In this document: positions 1 to 19,375 of the stretch, piece after piece
How the letters are laid out: every line of letters starts with the position of its first letter
How positions within the stretch are numbered: the stretch's first letter is position 1
Position numbers and translations under genes: made by a program
Notes under the pieces: model-generated
Database searches by the model: none
Seen by the model: only the letters and a program-made list of their open reading frames with translations
Told to the model about the DNA's origin: nothing
Source of the DNA: the human T2T-CHM13v2.0 reference genome, Homo sapiens
DNA length: 64,000 bases
NCBI RefSeq assembly: GCF_009914755.1
Contig: NC_060933.1
Strand: one strand, 5' to 3'

Positions 1-572
1 CAGACTGGATCTGAAGAGCTCATCTGAAAGCAAGACTATTTCATAGAACTCTGGGGTCATATCTGTCCCTCTGAAGGGCTTAAGCACATTATTAAAGCAG
101 TGAGTGAAGTCTGAGAGCAAATCATGCCTTATTATTTTCATTTGGTGCAGAGTGTTAAGGGACTGTGTTCACTGTAAATTGGTCAAAAACAGTCCAGGAA
201 ATAATTTTCGAGCACGTCCTGATTTTGATTAGGTTCCGAGAGGTAGCAGTATTAGGGTGCAGACAAAAGGCAATCAGCTGAAAATTTTGGACTTTAAAAG
301 CATCATTAGGTGATACATTGTGCCAGAAATAACAAACGCAATAGTGGCTCTTTAAGGAGTGAGAATCTGTCACTCACAGACTAAAGCTCCTCTTGGTACC
401 CACATTCCCAACCCCGACAGCTGCTAATTCTTTATCAGGAGAAAGTAACCCCATTCGATTATTTCCACTGAGGTTGAAGGACTGTAACTTAACCAAATAC
501 ACAATTATTTTTCCTAGTTTTTAGTTACAGTTAGTTTATAGTTGGTTATAGTTAAGATTTAAAAATAACTTA

Positions 573-890
<318 letters not shown>

Positions 891-1361
891 TTAATTGAAA
901 TCTTACTTTAGGAAAAAATCAGGACATTGGAACCCTGGTTTAGGGCAGGATTAAGCTTTGTGGTAGGTTCCAGTAGCCAAAAATGCTACAAATCACATAC
1001 TTTTAGAGTTGCCAGGAATCCATACATCTGACCTGTACTATGTTTGAAAGCAGGTCCCACATTTACTCCTTTGTTCCTGGATGTCAAAGCCTTGGAAAAT
1101 CAAGCTATCCATGTGAACTGCACTTTTAGGAGAAACCAGACTTTCTCAACTTTGGCACCAGGGACATTAGATAATCATTGATCCCAGATAGTAGCTGTAC
1201 TTTTTCACTCATTATATATTTCCCTTTGCTTGTCCTTAGAAGGGACATTATCCTGATTGCAGAAAATCCGATTTCAATTTCCACTTTGTCCTGGAAATGC
1301 ATGTAGATTACTGTTGGGCTCAGTAGCCACTCAAGAAGATCCCCCATATTAAAGTGATCTG

Positions 1362-1676
1362 ATTTATTTATTTTTATTTTTTAGAGATGGAGTCTTGCTC
1401 TGACGTCCAGGCTGGAGGGCAGTGGCATGATCTTGGCTGACTGCAACCTCCACCTCCCAGGTTCAAGCAATTCTCCTGCCTCAGGCCTCAGCCTCTTGAG
1501 TAGCTGGGACTACAGGTGGGTGCCACCAGGCCTGGCTAATTTTTTTTTGTATTTTTAGTAGAGACAGGGTTTTGTCATGTTGGCTAGGCTGGTCTCGAAC
1601 TCCTGACCTCAAGTGATCTGCCCGCCTCGGCCTCCCAAAGCTCTAGGATCACAGGTGTGAGCCACCATGCCCCGCC
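1362..1676 (-). mobile_element. Alu SINE (AluS-like)
   Basis: Reverse-complement Alu; TSD TAAAGTGATCTG at 1350-1361 and 1677-1688. Confidence 0.95.
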
Positions 1677-2049
1677 TAAAGTGATCTGTTTTAGAATGAA
1701 CACTGTAGAAGACACAAATGGATTAGAAAGCCTTTTGGGAGACACCTGAGTGTACAGGACTGAAGAAATGAGAAGAAAACCAAACATGTCTGGTCTGAGA
1801 AAGTCAGGACTGGATTGACTTCTTTTTCTTTTATTCCTTGGTTTAATTTATAACTTCAAGAAAACATACTTTCCCCAAGTGCTTTCAGATCATTTAAACC
1901 ATTCAGATAACTGGACTGGTCACATTCTCATGACTTTTTGTTTGAATAATTCATTGATTCACAGAATGTTTGAAATTTTGCCTAGCTTTTTTTTTTTTTT
2001 TAAAAAAACCCAGCTTTTCAGGTTTAATCTCTAGTAAGGGAAAGAACAT

Positions 2050-2922
<873 letters not shown>

Positions 2923-3019
2923 AATGGTATCTATCTGTTAGATAAAAATCAGAGGAGGCCATTGTTTTGGGCTAAGTTCCTACACTAGGCCCCAGCTGAC
3001 CAAATTAAAAATAAAAATG

Positions 3020-3165
3020 GAAGAGGTGTGGTGGCTCATGCCTGTAATCCCAGCACTTTGGGAGGGTTAGGTGGGACGATTGCTGGAGCACAGGAGTTTA
3101 AGACCAGTCTGGGCAACATAGCAAGACCCCATCTCTTCAAAAAAAAAAAAAAAAACAACAACAAC
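3020..3165 (+). mobile_element. Alu left monomer (FLAM-like)
   Basis: Single arm ending in poly(A); flanking TAAAAATAAAAA repeat. Confidence 0.85.
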
Positions 3166-3571
3166 TAAAAATAAAAACAGAGTAATTCATGCTAAAGTTG
3201 CACATCACCCAACCTAAATTAATTTATCTGAGCTTTCATAAAATCAGTACAGATAACAATTTCCCAAATGGGCCAGTTTAAAACTTCAGTTGCGTAACAA
3301 TGAAGCTCCCTCTGCCTAACCCTTACATGGAAAAGGTTGTTTAGAGTGACCTGATGTAAGCTAATTAGTTCTTTTTCTATTGTTCTGTTTCTCTCTCCTG
3401 CCTTATAAGAAAAGTAGCTTTGAAACAACAAATACACTCTCTGTTTTTTGCTTCTGCTTTTTTCAGCCCTTCTCTGTCTTTAAAGCAAATCTCTTCCACT
3501 CAGGTCATCTGAACACTTACTCTATTTTATGGAATGAAATGTTGCCTGATTCTAGGATCACAATAAAGCCA

Positions 3572-3650
3572 TTAGCCAGCCTTGGTGGCGTACACCGGTA
3601 GCCCCAGCTACTGGGGGAGCTGAGGCAGGAGAATAAATAAATAAATAAAA
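3572..3650 (+). mobile_element. Alu right-arm fragment with (AAAT)n tail
   Basis: TTAGCC...CCCAGCTACT...TGAGGCAGGAGAAT followed directly by (AAAT)n; flanked by AAGCCA. Confidence 0.75.
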
Positions 3651-3831
3651 CACAAGCCAGTTGAGATCTTTAAAAGTAAATTGGTTGTAATGTTGTCCTT
3701 TGACACACCTTTAAGTCTTGTCCCTAATAAGGGTACATCTATAAATTTAAGGCTCTGTAAATCTGGAATGAGAAAACATTTCACATTTCCAGGACAAAAT
3801 CACATAACTTGTAAGTAATTTTGACTAAGTC

Positions 3832-4139
<308 letters not shown>

Positions 4140-4154
4140 TAAGCTTTATGAGGG

Positions 4155-4441
4155 TTATTATTATTATTATGTTTTCAGACAAGGTCTCACTCTGTTGCAC
4201 AGGCTGGAGTGCAGTGGTGTGATCTCAGCTTACTGAGGCCTCCACATCTGAGGTTCAAACAATCTTCCCGCTTCAGCCTCCTGAGTAGCTGGGAGTACTG
4301 GCATGCATCACCACGTCCGGCTAATTTTTTTGTATTTTTAGTAGAGATGTGGTTTTGCCACGTTGCCCAGCTAGTCTTGAACTCCTGGGCTTGAGCAATC
4401 AGCCCGCTGCAAACTCCCAAATGCTGAGATTAATGCCCAGC
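4155..4441 (-). mobile_element. Alu SINE (AluJ-like)
   Basis: Diverged reverse Alu, (TTA)n tail. Confidence 0.9.
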
Positions 4442-4618
4442 TGAGGATTATCTTTCAAGCTGTTTTTTTTTTGTTTTGTTTTGTTTTCATATAATCTTGC
4501 TCCTTCTAAATCTTTCAAGAGTTTGACTTAATCACTACAAGGCCACTATTATTTTAGTAGAATTATTTGGTAGAAGTGTTATCTTAGTAGGAAGTCTTCT
4601 TGTTTTCTACAGAGCACT

Positions 4619-4919
4619 ATTTTATTTTATTTACTTTTAGAGACAAGTTCTCACTCTGTGCTCAGGCTGGAGTGTAGTGGTGAGATTATAGCTCACTGTA
4701 ACCTCAACCTCCGGAGCCCAAGTGATCCTCTTGCCTTAGCCTAGGAGTTGCTGGAACTACAGGTGTGCACCACCATGCCCAGCTAATTTTTAAAATTTTT
4801 GTAGAGACAGAGTATTGCTATGTTGCCCAGGCTGGTCTAGAACTCCTGACCTCAAGCAATTCTCCAGCCTTGGCCCCCCAGAGTGCTGGGATTACAGGTG
4901 TGAGCCCTTGCGCCCAGCC
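4619..4919 (-). mobile_element. Alu SINE (AluJ-like)
   Basis: Diverged reverse Alu. Confidence 0.9.
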
Positions 4920-4999
4920 TGTACAGTATGTTTTGTTATGGAACTGGAATTATCTCCCATAGAGAAGTTGTCACTTACAGAGAGAGTCCAAGGGAGCAC

Positions 5000-5674
5000 G
5001 TGTATAGAAGCTGGCACTTGGAGAGGATAGATGCCCCTTTATCAACTAAGATGGACCCTAAGTTTATGGAAACAAAGTTACCTATTGCTCAAGGGCACGG
5101 GGCCTGGCTGGCATGGCAAATTTCTAAATTCCTACAGCTCTAAACTCCCTAACAACAGGAGCTTTCAGATCCCTCCTAACTCTGATTTACAATCGAGACC
5201 ACTACAGTTCTGATTGGACGAAGAACAGGCCTTACAAATATTTTCTGATAAGCTACTGCAGACCTTAAGCCAGTTTCAGCCAGTGTCTAGAGGCCATGCA
5301 CAAATAGTCTTTGTGTCCTATAGTTCTTTTGATATAAAGAGTCAAACCCCACCTCATTTTAAAGCTAAAGCCCTGGCCCAAAGTGAACATGGGATGTACG
5401 TTACATATGTTTCCCCATCGTGCTTGTGCTCAGCCTCCCTCATAAATATGTACAGCGTCCCCCACCTCACCCCCAGCAAACCTGCTGAATACGTATGACT
5501 CTGTTGTGTGACATGGACCCTGTGAGGCATAAAACGCAAGATGTCCTTCCCTTCTTTGAAGAGAGAGCAACTTTGTCCATGCTGGAGACATCCCCTTCCT
5601 AGTTTTCAAACTGGCATTGCCAATAAACCTCTCCTTTTTACTATTTAGTCATCCTGGTGGTCTTTTAGATGGCA
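5000..5674 (+). mobile_element. ERV1-class solo LTR (subfamily not assigned)
   Basis: ATTGG box, CATAAAA TATA-like motif, AATAAA at about 5622, ends in CA; resembles recalled MER4-group LTRs; 5' end uncertain. Confidence 0.6.
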
Positions 5675-5849
5675 GTAAGGAGCATAGCATTACATTGAAA
5701 TGAACAATTTATAGTTAGCAAAATGCATTATTAAGAAAAGATTGTCAAGGTATTCTGACCTGAAATGCCAAAAGAAAAAAAAGAGAAAAAGTCTAAGTCA
5801 GGATGAGTGGGAGTGAGAGTGGTGCATTGGTGGAGTTACAGTCTAATTA

Positions 5850-6164
5850 CTGTCAGCCCTTAGCATCAGTGCGTTCCACATCCATGGGTCTAACCAACCT
5901 CAGACAGAAAATACTTTAAAAACAAAACAAAAATACTAATACAACAATAAAGATAATACAAATAAACAATACAGTATAACAACTATTTAGCATTTACATG
6001 ATATCAGGTATAAATAATCTAGAGATGATTGAAAGTATATAGGAGGATGTTCTTAGGTTATATGCAAATACTAGGCCATTTTATATCAGGGAACTGAGCA
6101 TTCTTGGATTTTGGTTTTGAGGGGATCCTGGAACCGATCCTCCACAGATATTGAGGGACAACTG
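5850..6164 (-). mobile_element. MER2 (TcMar-Tigger non-autonomous DNA transposon)
   Basis: Reverse complement of MER2 core (TCTAGAGATGATT, GGTTATATGCAAATACTA), ends GAGGGACAACTG|TA; similar to the copy at 55193-55525. Confidence 0.9.
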
Positions 6165-6586
6165 TACTGTATGAGAAAGCGTGACCTTCACACCTAAACA
6201 CCTAAACATCTTTCTCCCAGTTTTTGCATCCCACAACAGCCTTATGAGAAAAAAAGTAACTTCCCTAAAGTGAAATGGGTAGTAGGGTAGAACTTAAAAT
6301 CCCCCCTTGGGCCTTGGAGAACACATAGATCTTGAATGAGGTGTGAAAAAATATTAGCTATGACAATGGGTTGTGGCCCTTCAAGGGGCCACAGGAGATA
6401 AGTGGTTATGATAGTACATCTGTTGTATTAAAATTTCAGGGGAAGGAGGGTGGTTGGGGAAGAAGTCTAAAAGCGCTCTTTCAAGGGTGCAATAATACTA
6501 AAAATGGTTGAAAAACACTGCCAATCACATTTCTTGGGCAGCGCTTTTTCATCCATGGACACATAATTTCAAACATCTATATGAAA

Positions 6587-7609
<1,023 letters not shown>

Positions 7610-8253
7610 AAATCACAAACCTCCTGGTGCACATTTAGCTACTAGCATTCGAAGTTCTTGACAGGGCTCCCTCTGGAGTGTTGGACACATAGTTCTCCCA
7701 CAGACAGATAGTAACCAGGCATCAAGGTTTGATTTAATTCTTTAATGAGGGAACCAGCAGGGAAACAAAAGCACTGATTCAGAGAGCATTGGAAGGAGAG
7801 GGATTTGTGTAGTCCGTGGGAAATAGGTGTTCCATCCGATTGTCAGGTTAGATGTACGACTTTAACTTGCTAAGGTGCAGGGAAGCCACCATGGCTTTGA
7901 GGTTTGCTTTTCCACCATGTCACAAAGTCAAAACAATGTGTCAGTTTCTGCAGGTTAACTTCTAACCTTACAGGGCTAAAAACTACTACTGGCAATTTTC
8001 TCCTGAATTGTTAGTGACAGCCTTTGGGGGAGCCCTATGAGGATAGGGGGGCTTCTCGGGAGTGCTCCAGCACACCACAGAACAAGGGGAGATCACCACT
8101 CTAACTTCCTCAAGCCTGGTGCACAGGAATTCTTTAAGAGAAATATGGATTTATGATGACCATTCTTCTGATTATTGCTGAGCAAACAGCCCTGGAGTGT
8201 GGATTCTTAATTAGGGGACTTCAAATGATGAGCACCTTTCCAAATGGAGAATA

Positions 8254-8710
<457 letters not shown>

Positions 8711-8794
8711 TTTTCTTTTATTTGTATTGCCTTTATTAATATCACAACTTAATTAATCCTTGGCATTATCTTTCTTTTACAGTAAAAGGACGTC

Positions 8795-8885
8795 TGTTGA
8801 GCATCTACAATGTGCTAGATATTGGGCTAGGTATTTTCACACATACCTATTTCATGTAACTTCGCAATGACTCTGAGAGGTAAAG
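8795..8885 (-). mobile_element. MIR fragment
   Basis: TTGAGCATCTACAATGTGCTAG...CTCTGAGAGGTA resembles the reverse MIR 3' end. Confidence 0.55.
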
Positions 8886-8959
8886 AGCACGTGTATTTGT
8901 TTATATATATGTTTGCATCTGAAGAGGACGCTACATCCTTCCAAGCAAGAGTTGTTGGT

Positions 8960-10300
<1,341 letters not shown>

Positions 10301-10485
10301 CTGAAGCATTCTGTTTCATCTTTTTCAGTTGCTTTCCTAACCCATGTCATGCAGACTCTTGATTAATAAAAGCTGGCACTTAAGGATATCAACTATCCAT
10401 AGGCAATTTAAGCAAAAATCCCAGGAGGTGGGGTGAGTGGCTCAAACCTGGGAGAAAGGTGTGGGTGGTAGAACCTGGAGAGAAG

Positions 10486-11719
<1,234 letters not shown>

Positions 11720-12314
11720 CAAACTTTTTCTTTCGCAGTGGAAGCTGGGAGGAAGGTGAGGAGAGGTGGAGTGAAGCTGAGTGGAATTGTAGGGTAGGTT
11801 GATCTTGACCAGTGGAGCTACGACTGCTGAGTGATACCGCTTGGAGTTTTTTTGTGAACCTAGGTTCTGCCTGGCTCTCCTGTCCACTCTGATGGAGGCA
11901 CCTGTGGTTCCCAGGATAGGTTATTCTTTCCAGTGGACCGTATTAGCTGTGAATGTGTTTGCACAGATCTCCAGAAGCAAATACTTGGGAAAGAAGCCTC
12001 AGTCAGCTGCAGAGAATTTTGCTTCTTACCACCAACCTGGACTTGCAGGTAGGAAGTTGGCCTGGGGTCAAGCCCAGCTGTGGAGGAAATTGCATTACAG
12101 CTGCAGCCCGATTGGACTGATGAAAGTGCAGACCATGGTGGATGACAGGGTCTCGCTGAAAACCAGTGTTGACAGACTGTGGCTAGTTTCTGTTTAACAG
12201 ATAGTGTTGCAAATCTGTGTGCATCGATTGATTCATGCATATTTAATGTTGAATGTTATGAGTATGGAAGGGTTTCTTTTGGAAATTGGTGCATCACAGA
12301 TGTTGTATCGTCCA

Positions 12315-12580
12315 GTCTCCTCATTTTGCTGGTGAGGAAATTGAGGCTTGGAGACAGTAGGATGATGTCTTGGAGTTTCACAGCCAGGTAGCTGCTGAGT
12401 TACTTAGAGACCTGGAACTCTTGGCCAGTACCCCTAGGAGGGAGCATGTGGCAGACTTGAGACATGAGTGAAGGGCCATAGGTGAGCCTCTTCAGCTTCC
12501 TGTGCCTCAGGTTCCCATCTTATAAAATAAAGGAGTTGTGCTAGGGTTTCATCTCTTAGACATCAGCTCTAACATTCTAC
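12315..12580. mobile_element. Two MIR fragments in opposite orientation
   Basis: CATTTTGCTGGTGAGGAAATTGAGGC (reverse core) and CTGTGCCTCAGGTTCCCATCTTATAAAAT (forward core). Confidence 0.65.
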
Positions 12581-13662
12581 GATCCTCCCTGTACACATGC
12601 TGGCTTTTCCATTTTCAATTATTCTAAACCACGATTGTTTGACTGATTCCTTAAAATCAAATACTGCTGAGTGCCATTACTTTCATTTGCCCATCATTAA
12701 AAACTAAAGGACAATTTCCTAGTTGATTTCAAAATGATCCATTATGTAACAAGGACAAAAGTTAAAACTTGCTATAGGTCCAATTAATTATGTAAACCAT
12801 CAGTTGACAAAACAGCAGCTAATGGAAATATTTTGTCTAATAATCTCCAAGTTACCATTATGTTAAAAGCAGTAGCAAGTGTGGCACATGTGGCTCACCT
12901 AAATAGGTGTAAAATATACACACCTTATATGAATGAATTAAATAGTCATAGCAAAACACAAACAACGTACATTGGAAAGTGAGTTTCAAATGCAAGGCAG
13001 TCCTCAGGCTCCCATATTAATTAATTTTGCTTTGTCTTTTGTGGCATTAGAGATTCACTGTTATACATGGCATACTTTTGTAACTTAATCCAATTGCAAA
13101 GATCTTGAAAGGAGATTCTATTAGCTCCCTTGACCACCCATTTCAGGATTGTAACAGTTTTGCTTACCTGGGCTCTCAGGATAACTGAGGCTCATTTGAT
13201 TATCACTCTACCCATGGGTGGATACTCAGGGTTGTTCAGAACCAGGAAGGCTGGTAGGAGTTGCAGAATTTATTTAGCCTCAGGTCTTTGGTGTTGCTGA
13301 ATCAACCCAGATTTGTACTAAACTCCAAGAGGCAGGTTAGCACTGGGCACTTGGGAACAGAACCCCTATGGACAAGGAGCAACAGACGATACTGGTGAGA
13401 TGGCAGGCATAACAGGGTTAAAGACCTAATGGAGACCCCTAACGAGGCATTCAGCTGGATCTACATTAGCTCTGGAGGCAACCACCAGGACCACTTTGGA
13501 CCTTATGCGTTTTATACCATGTGAATGTATTTCTATTAATATAAGTAAAATAATTTTAAGAAAAAGAAGGGAAGGGCATGCCCACCTGCTCTGTCATGCT
13601 GTTTGTCTCTGGCAGAGAGGCAGGTGCTCTGGAAGGAGCTGGCAGCCTGTGATGACCTAGAA

Positions 13663-13681
13663 TGGCCACTTGGTGGCAGTG
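13663..13681 (+). promoter_or_regulatory. Candidate CTCF core motif
   Basis: TGGCCACTTGGTGGCAGTG versus consensus TGGCCACCAGGKGGCRSTR. Confidence 0.35.
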
Positions 13682-14289
13682 TTTCACTTTAATTGGCCCA
13701 AGGCAACCCGACCTGGTTTTATGAACTTCTAGCTGCGGATTTCTGGGACCCGCCCTCAAGGTTCAATTTATAGGCCTCGAGTGAAGATGCAAAATAGGAT
13801 CCTGAGTGGAAAGTAATGGCTGTAACAGATATCCTCTGGCTCCTCCCTGTCTTCTTTCCCATTAGAACATCTCCCATCTAAGAGCTGCTTAGCAGGAGAC
13901 AGGGGTCAATATCACAGAGGCCGGATCAGAGGCAGAAGCTGGGCTGCTTTAGGCCTGACACCGTGTGAGGGACCTGAAGGCAAGGAGCGTGGCTGCATCT
14001 GCCAGGCACGGGTGCTCAGGGGTGCTGCGAGTCCCCCAGGCCAAGGACGGGGCGTGCATTCATGGAGAGTGTTTGGCTGTCTTCTTTCCCGTGCTGGCGC
14101 GTTTCCAGGGGCCCACTCTTTCTGAGGGGTCTCTCAGGGAGGGCATGGCTGTGAAAAGTGAGAGAGGAAGCCGCAGGGATGTCACCTTCGGCCGGTTACA
14201 AAGCCCTTCTGGGCCACGTTCTCCTTTGTGGGATTGGGACGTTGATCCACTTCAGAGGCTCCCAGGCCCCCAGTTCAGGGCTGTCCCAG

Positions 14290-14428
14290 AATCACCAGAG
14301 AAATAAATTAACACAGATTCCGGGGCCCCGCCACTGCTCAGTCTATTCTATGGGTCTAGTTGGGAGCCCCGGAATCTGTGGGTTTAATAAACCCCAGAAG
14401 AACCCAATGAAGTTTGGAATCCAATGGT
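14290..14428. mobile_element. MER5-like hAT-Charlie fossil
   Basis: CAGATTCCGGGGCCCC...GCCCCGGAATCTGTG internal inverted motif typical of MER5A. Confidence 0.55.
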
Positions 14429-14729
14429 TAGGGGTGCTTTTTTGGATTCCTTCTAAGTGAGAAATTGTGACTGTGGAAGTGATGACTCACTGTGAAGCGC
14501 ACGGGCCCTGAAATCCACCCCTTCAAGCTGTTGATCTTTGTATGCATTTATTTCCTCAAGATGTTGCTGGCTCTTCCCGGGCCAGGAAGCAGATGCTGTG
14601 CCCGGTAAGGCCCGTCCTTCTAGTCCAGCCTTTACCACCCATGCGGAGTGAGGGTGAGGGCTCCGAAGGTGCTTTTGACCCTAATGTCATAACCATGGGG
14701 GGTGGACACAGATGTAAACTCGAAACTCT

Positions 14730-14835
14730 TCTTATTATTGAAAAATGTAAATATATACAAAAGTAAAGAGAATAGTATAATGAATCCTTATTTATCCACT
14801 ACTTAGATTCAACAATTATCAAGATTTTGCCACAT
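14730..14835 (-). mobile_element. Ancient L1M 3'-end fragment
   Basis: AAATATATACAAAAGTAAAGAGAATAGTATAATGAA...CAACAATTATCAA typical of L1M 3' ends. Confidence 0.6.
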
Positions 14836-15025
14836 AGCTCTTATTCACATGCCAAGGGGGAGAAAAGAAGATTTTGCTATAGAAAAATTATCATACTTTC
14901 ATTTTTTGTGTTTGTCTTTGCTGAAATTTTTGCTTGAAAAAGGCAAATATCCAGGTTTCTAGTCATTTCCGCCTACATGGGGCATTTCTTCTGTGCCTTT
15001 ATTACATGTTAATAATAACTTCTCA

Positions 15026-15190
15026 GGCCGGGCATGGTGGCTCATACCTGCAATCCCAGGATTTTGGGAGGCTGAGGCTGGAGGATTTCTTAAGCCCAGG
15101 AGTTCAAGACCAGCCTGGGCAACATAGTAAAACCCCATCTCAATAAAGATATTTTTAAAAATATTAAAATTGTTTTTTAAAAGAGAAAAT
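15026..15190 (+). mobile_element. Alu left monomer (FLAM-like)
   Basis: Single arm; TSD AATAATAACTTCTCA on both sides. Confidence 0.9.
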
Positions 15191-15566
15191 AAATAATAAC
15201 TTCTCAATATCATATAATTCTGACCCATACTCAAATTCCTCCAGAATTAGCTCAAAAATGTCTTTTGACATTTGATTTGAGGTCTAGGCTTCTGAGGTTA
15301 TCTCCTAATGTCTCCCAATACGTGCATTTGCAAAGATCCATTGAAGGGGTTGGACATTTAAAACATAGCACAACTTTTTAGCCTGAAACACACACAGAGC
15401 CCTGCAGAAAAGTGAAGTTGAGATCCTCACAGGTTCTGAGTTAGAGGGGCCTTGGAGATTATTCAGCTCACCCTTTCCTCAGTACTGGAGTCCTTTGACA
15501 GGATCAGGACTACTGTACATTTGGTATTGAAATTGCTCTTGCAAAATTATGACGGTAAGAAATCTA

Positions 15567-15893
<327 letters not shown>

Positions 15894-16015
15894 TTACTTC
15901 TGACCTCCAAGCTGTCCTTGGTCATTCATGAGCGTATGCCAAGCTAACTTTGGGAAGAATTTAGTTTATAGTTTAACCTTAAAGCAGAGATGATAATATC
16001 CCTTCTACAAACTAA

Positions 16016-16488
<473 letters not shown>

Positions 16489-17199
16489 TGATCTTTCAAG
16501 ATATCTTTCAGACTGACCCCACCTGGACTCATGACTCATGACTCAGCTGATCCTGTGGCCCCACCCAGAGGCAGATTCAGCACACAAGGACCATTTTCCA
16601 CACCCCCATGATTGCATCCCCACCAATCAGCAGCACCCATTCCCAAGCCCCTGCCCATCAAATTGTTCATAAAGCTCCTAACTTCCAAGCCTTCAGGGAG
16701 ACTGATTTGAGTGATAACTCCAGTTCTCCTGCGTGAGCTGGCCTTGTGTCAATTAAACTCTCTCTACTGCAATGCTGTTGTCCAGTGGGTTGATTTTTTC
16801 TGTGCAGCAGGTAGGAAGAACCCATCGAGTGGTTACAGCATTTACTCAGACTCTCCAGTGGCCCAGTGAAGAAAGAGTAGGTTTGGAGTAGAGAGGATCG
16901 TTAGCCACCTGACCCTTGGTGAATCACTTAACTTCTCCAAGGTCAGAACACTCTAGCATTGAAAGGTAGAGTGGAGGCTCTCAACAGATTTCCATGGAAC
17001 CATCCCTGCAGCTTGACTCGCTTGCCGTCCACCCTGTGAGCTGATGGGTACCTGTGGCTTGCAGCACAGGGTTGGTAGGAGGCACTGTGGGAACTACACA
17101 CGGGCTTGTCCAGCAGCTGAGAGGGAGCCAAGCCACAGTCATGTTCTCTCCCAGGCCTGCCCAGGCCAGCTCTACCAAATAACAGAATCATATAATTTA

Positions 17200-17990
17200 A
17201 TCAAACATTATGTAAATTGAGGAAATATGAATGCCATAAGAATGGAGTTGTCTCTACTTTCTCTGAAATGGTTAAATGCAATGTAAAGGCTTGAAGTTTG
17301 TGAGCTGATAAGAAACTGTCTTTTAAATTAAGAGATGATTGTAGAGGCCTGCGAAAAACAATAAAAGCCAGGTAAAAGTCTCCTCTCAGATTGCTGCATA
17401 ACAGAGTTTAAGTTCTTGCTCCACTTTAAAGAAATGGAAATAGCTGGGTGTGGCGGCTCATGCCTGTAATCCCAGCACTTTGGGAGGCCACAATGGGTGG
17501 ATCACCTGAGGTCAGGAGCTCAAGACCAGCCTGGCCAACATGAGGAAACCCTGTCTCTGCTAAAAATACAAAAATTAGCTAGGTATGATAACTCTCACCT
17601 GTAGTCCTAGCTACTCAGAAGGTTGAGGCACGAGAATCGCTTGAACCCAGGAGGCAGAGGTTGCAGTGAGCTGAGATCCTGCCACACTGCACTCCAGCCT
17701 GGGGACAGAGTGAGAATCTGTCTCAAAAACAAACAAACAAACAAACAAAAAACAAAAAAACAAAACAAACAAAAAAATGGAAACTGGAAATCATGGTTGG
17801 AGTTTATGAAAGGAGACCATGCAGACTCCAATTAGTAGGTCAATTCTCAAAGACAGGACTTGGTTCTATGTCAAAGTTGAAAAAAACGCATTCTGGCGGG
17901 TTAAGTTAAATATTTAAGGTATGTATGTATAATCTTTTATGATTCCTTGCCTTAACTTTTTTTTCTAATTAACCACCCATCTATGGATAT
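17200..17990 (+). mobile_element. Possible ancient Tigger-type DNA transposon remnant, split by an Alu
   Basis: ACTCCAATTAGTAGGTCAATTCTCAAAGAC reads TPISRSILKD, resembling the PISGPIL(K/Q)EKA motif of Tigger/CENP-B transposases; weak. Confidence 0.3.
17442..17777 (+). mobile_element. Alu SINE (AluSx-like) with (AAAC)n tail
   Basis: Full Alu; TSD AAATGGAAA. Confidence 0.95.
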
Positions 17991-18190
17991 GGATACAGAT
18001 AGTTTTGGATGTAAGAATTCTGTATTAATAATACGTGCAGGAAGAAAGAAGAAAGGAGATGATATGCATTTTCTGGTCTGGCACTGTATACAGCAGGCAC
18101 TTAATAAATAGAAATTCTCATTCTCCTCTCTTTTTTTTTTTTGAAAGAGAAGGAACCATAACTTTCTAACACAGCTAATACTATTTCTGA

Positions 18191-18513
<323 letters not shown>

Positions 18514-18610
18514 TGGAAAGCTCTTTTAAAGCTTCCTCATAATTTCCGTATAGTACAGTCCTAGACTTGTATTTTGGGTGTGCCCAGAACCAAGGGCAGT
18601 TACATACACA

Positions 18611-18611
<1 letters not shown>

Positions 18612-18647
<36 letters not shown>
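18612..18647. repeat. (CA)n microsatellite
   Basis: About 18 perfect CA units. Confidence 0.97.
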
Positions 18648-18947
<300 letters not shown>

Positions 18948-19375
18948 TAGCTGAAGACAACATTAAGTCATGTCCCTCCATTAATCTCTTCTCCACAGCA
19001 ATTTTTAGTGTCCCTCCCTTCATTTCTGGGCCCGAGCCCTGTGACACCCCAGATGAATGTGACATTCTACAGGCAGCACTGGAGAGCTGTCCTGCCACTT
19101 TGTCCCTATTCTGGACACCCTCTTCCAATGAAGGTATCTGCCACCGTGTAAGGATTTTTCACAGCTGTGTCAAGTGTTGTTAATACAGGCCTGGCTGCCG
19201 GCCTTCCAGGCCTTTCATCAGGGACTGCTACAAAGCAGGCCTTCTCCATCCTGAAATTGCACATTTGATATTCTTTCATTGTGTATGTGGGAATTTGTAT
19301 GAATTACATTTTATCTTGTTGGTTTCAGCCCAGTTTTCTAGTTTGAGTTCTTTTTGTTTGGATCTTGATAGAAGT

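Larger units (their letters stand above)
2936..3705 (+). mobile_element. ERV1-class solo LTR (MER4-group, subfamily not assigned), with two Alu fragments inside
   Basis: TG...CA termini (TGTTAGAT...TTTGACA), AATAAA at about 3562, GAGGCCATTGTTTTGG...CACTAGGCCCC typical of ERV1 LTRs. Confidence 0.6.
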
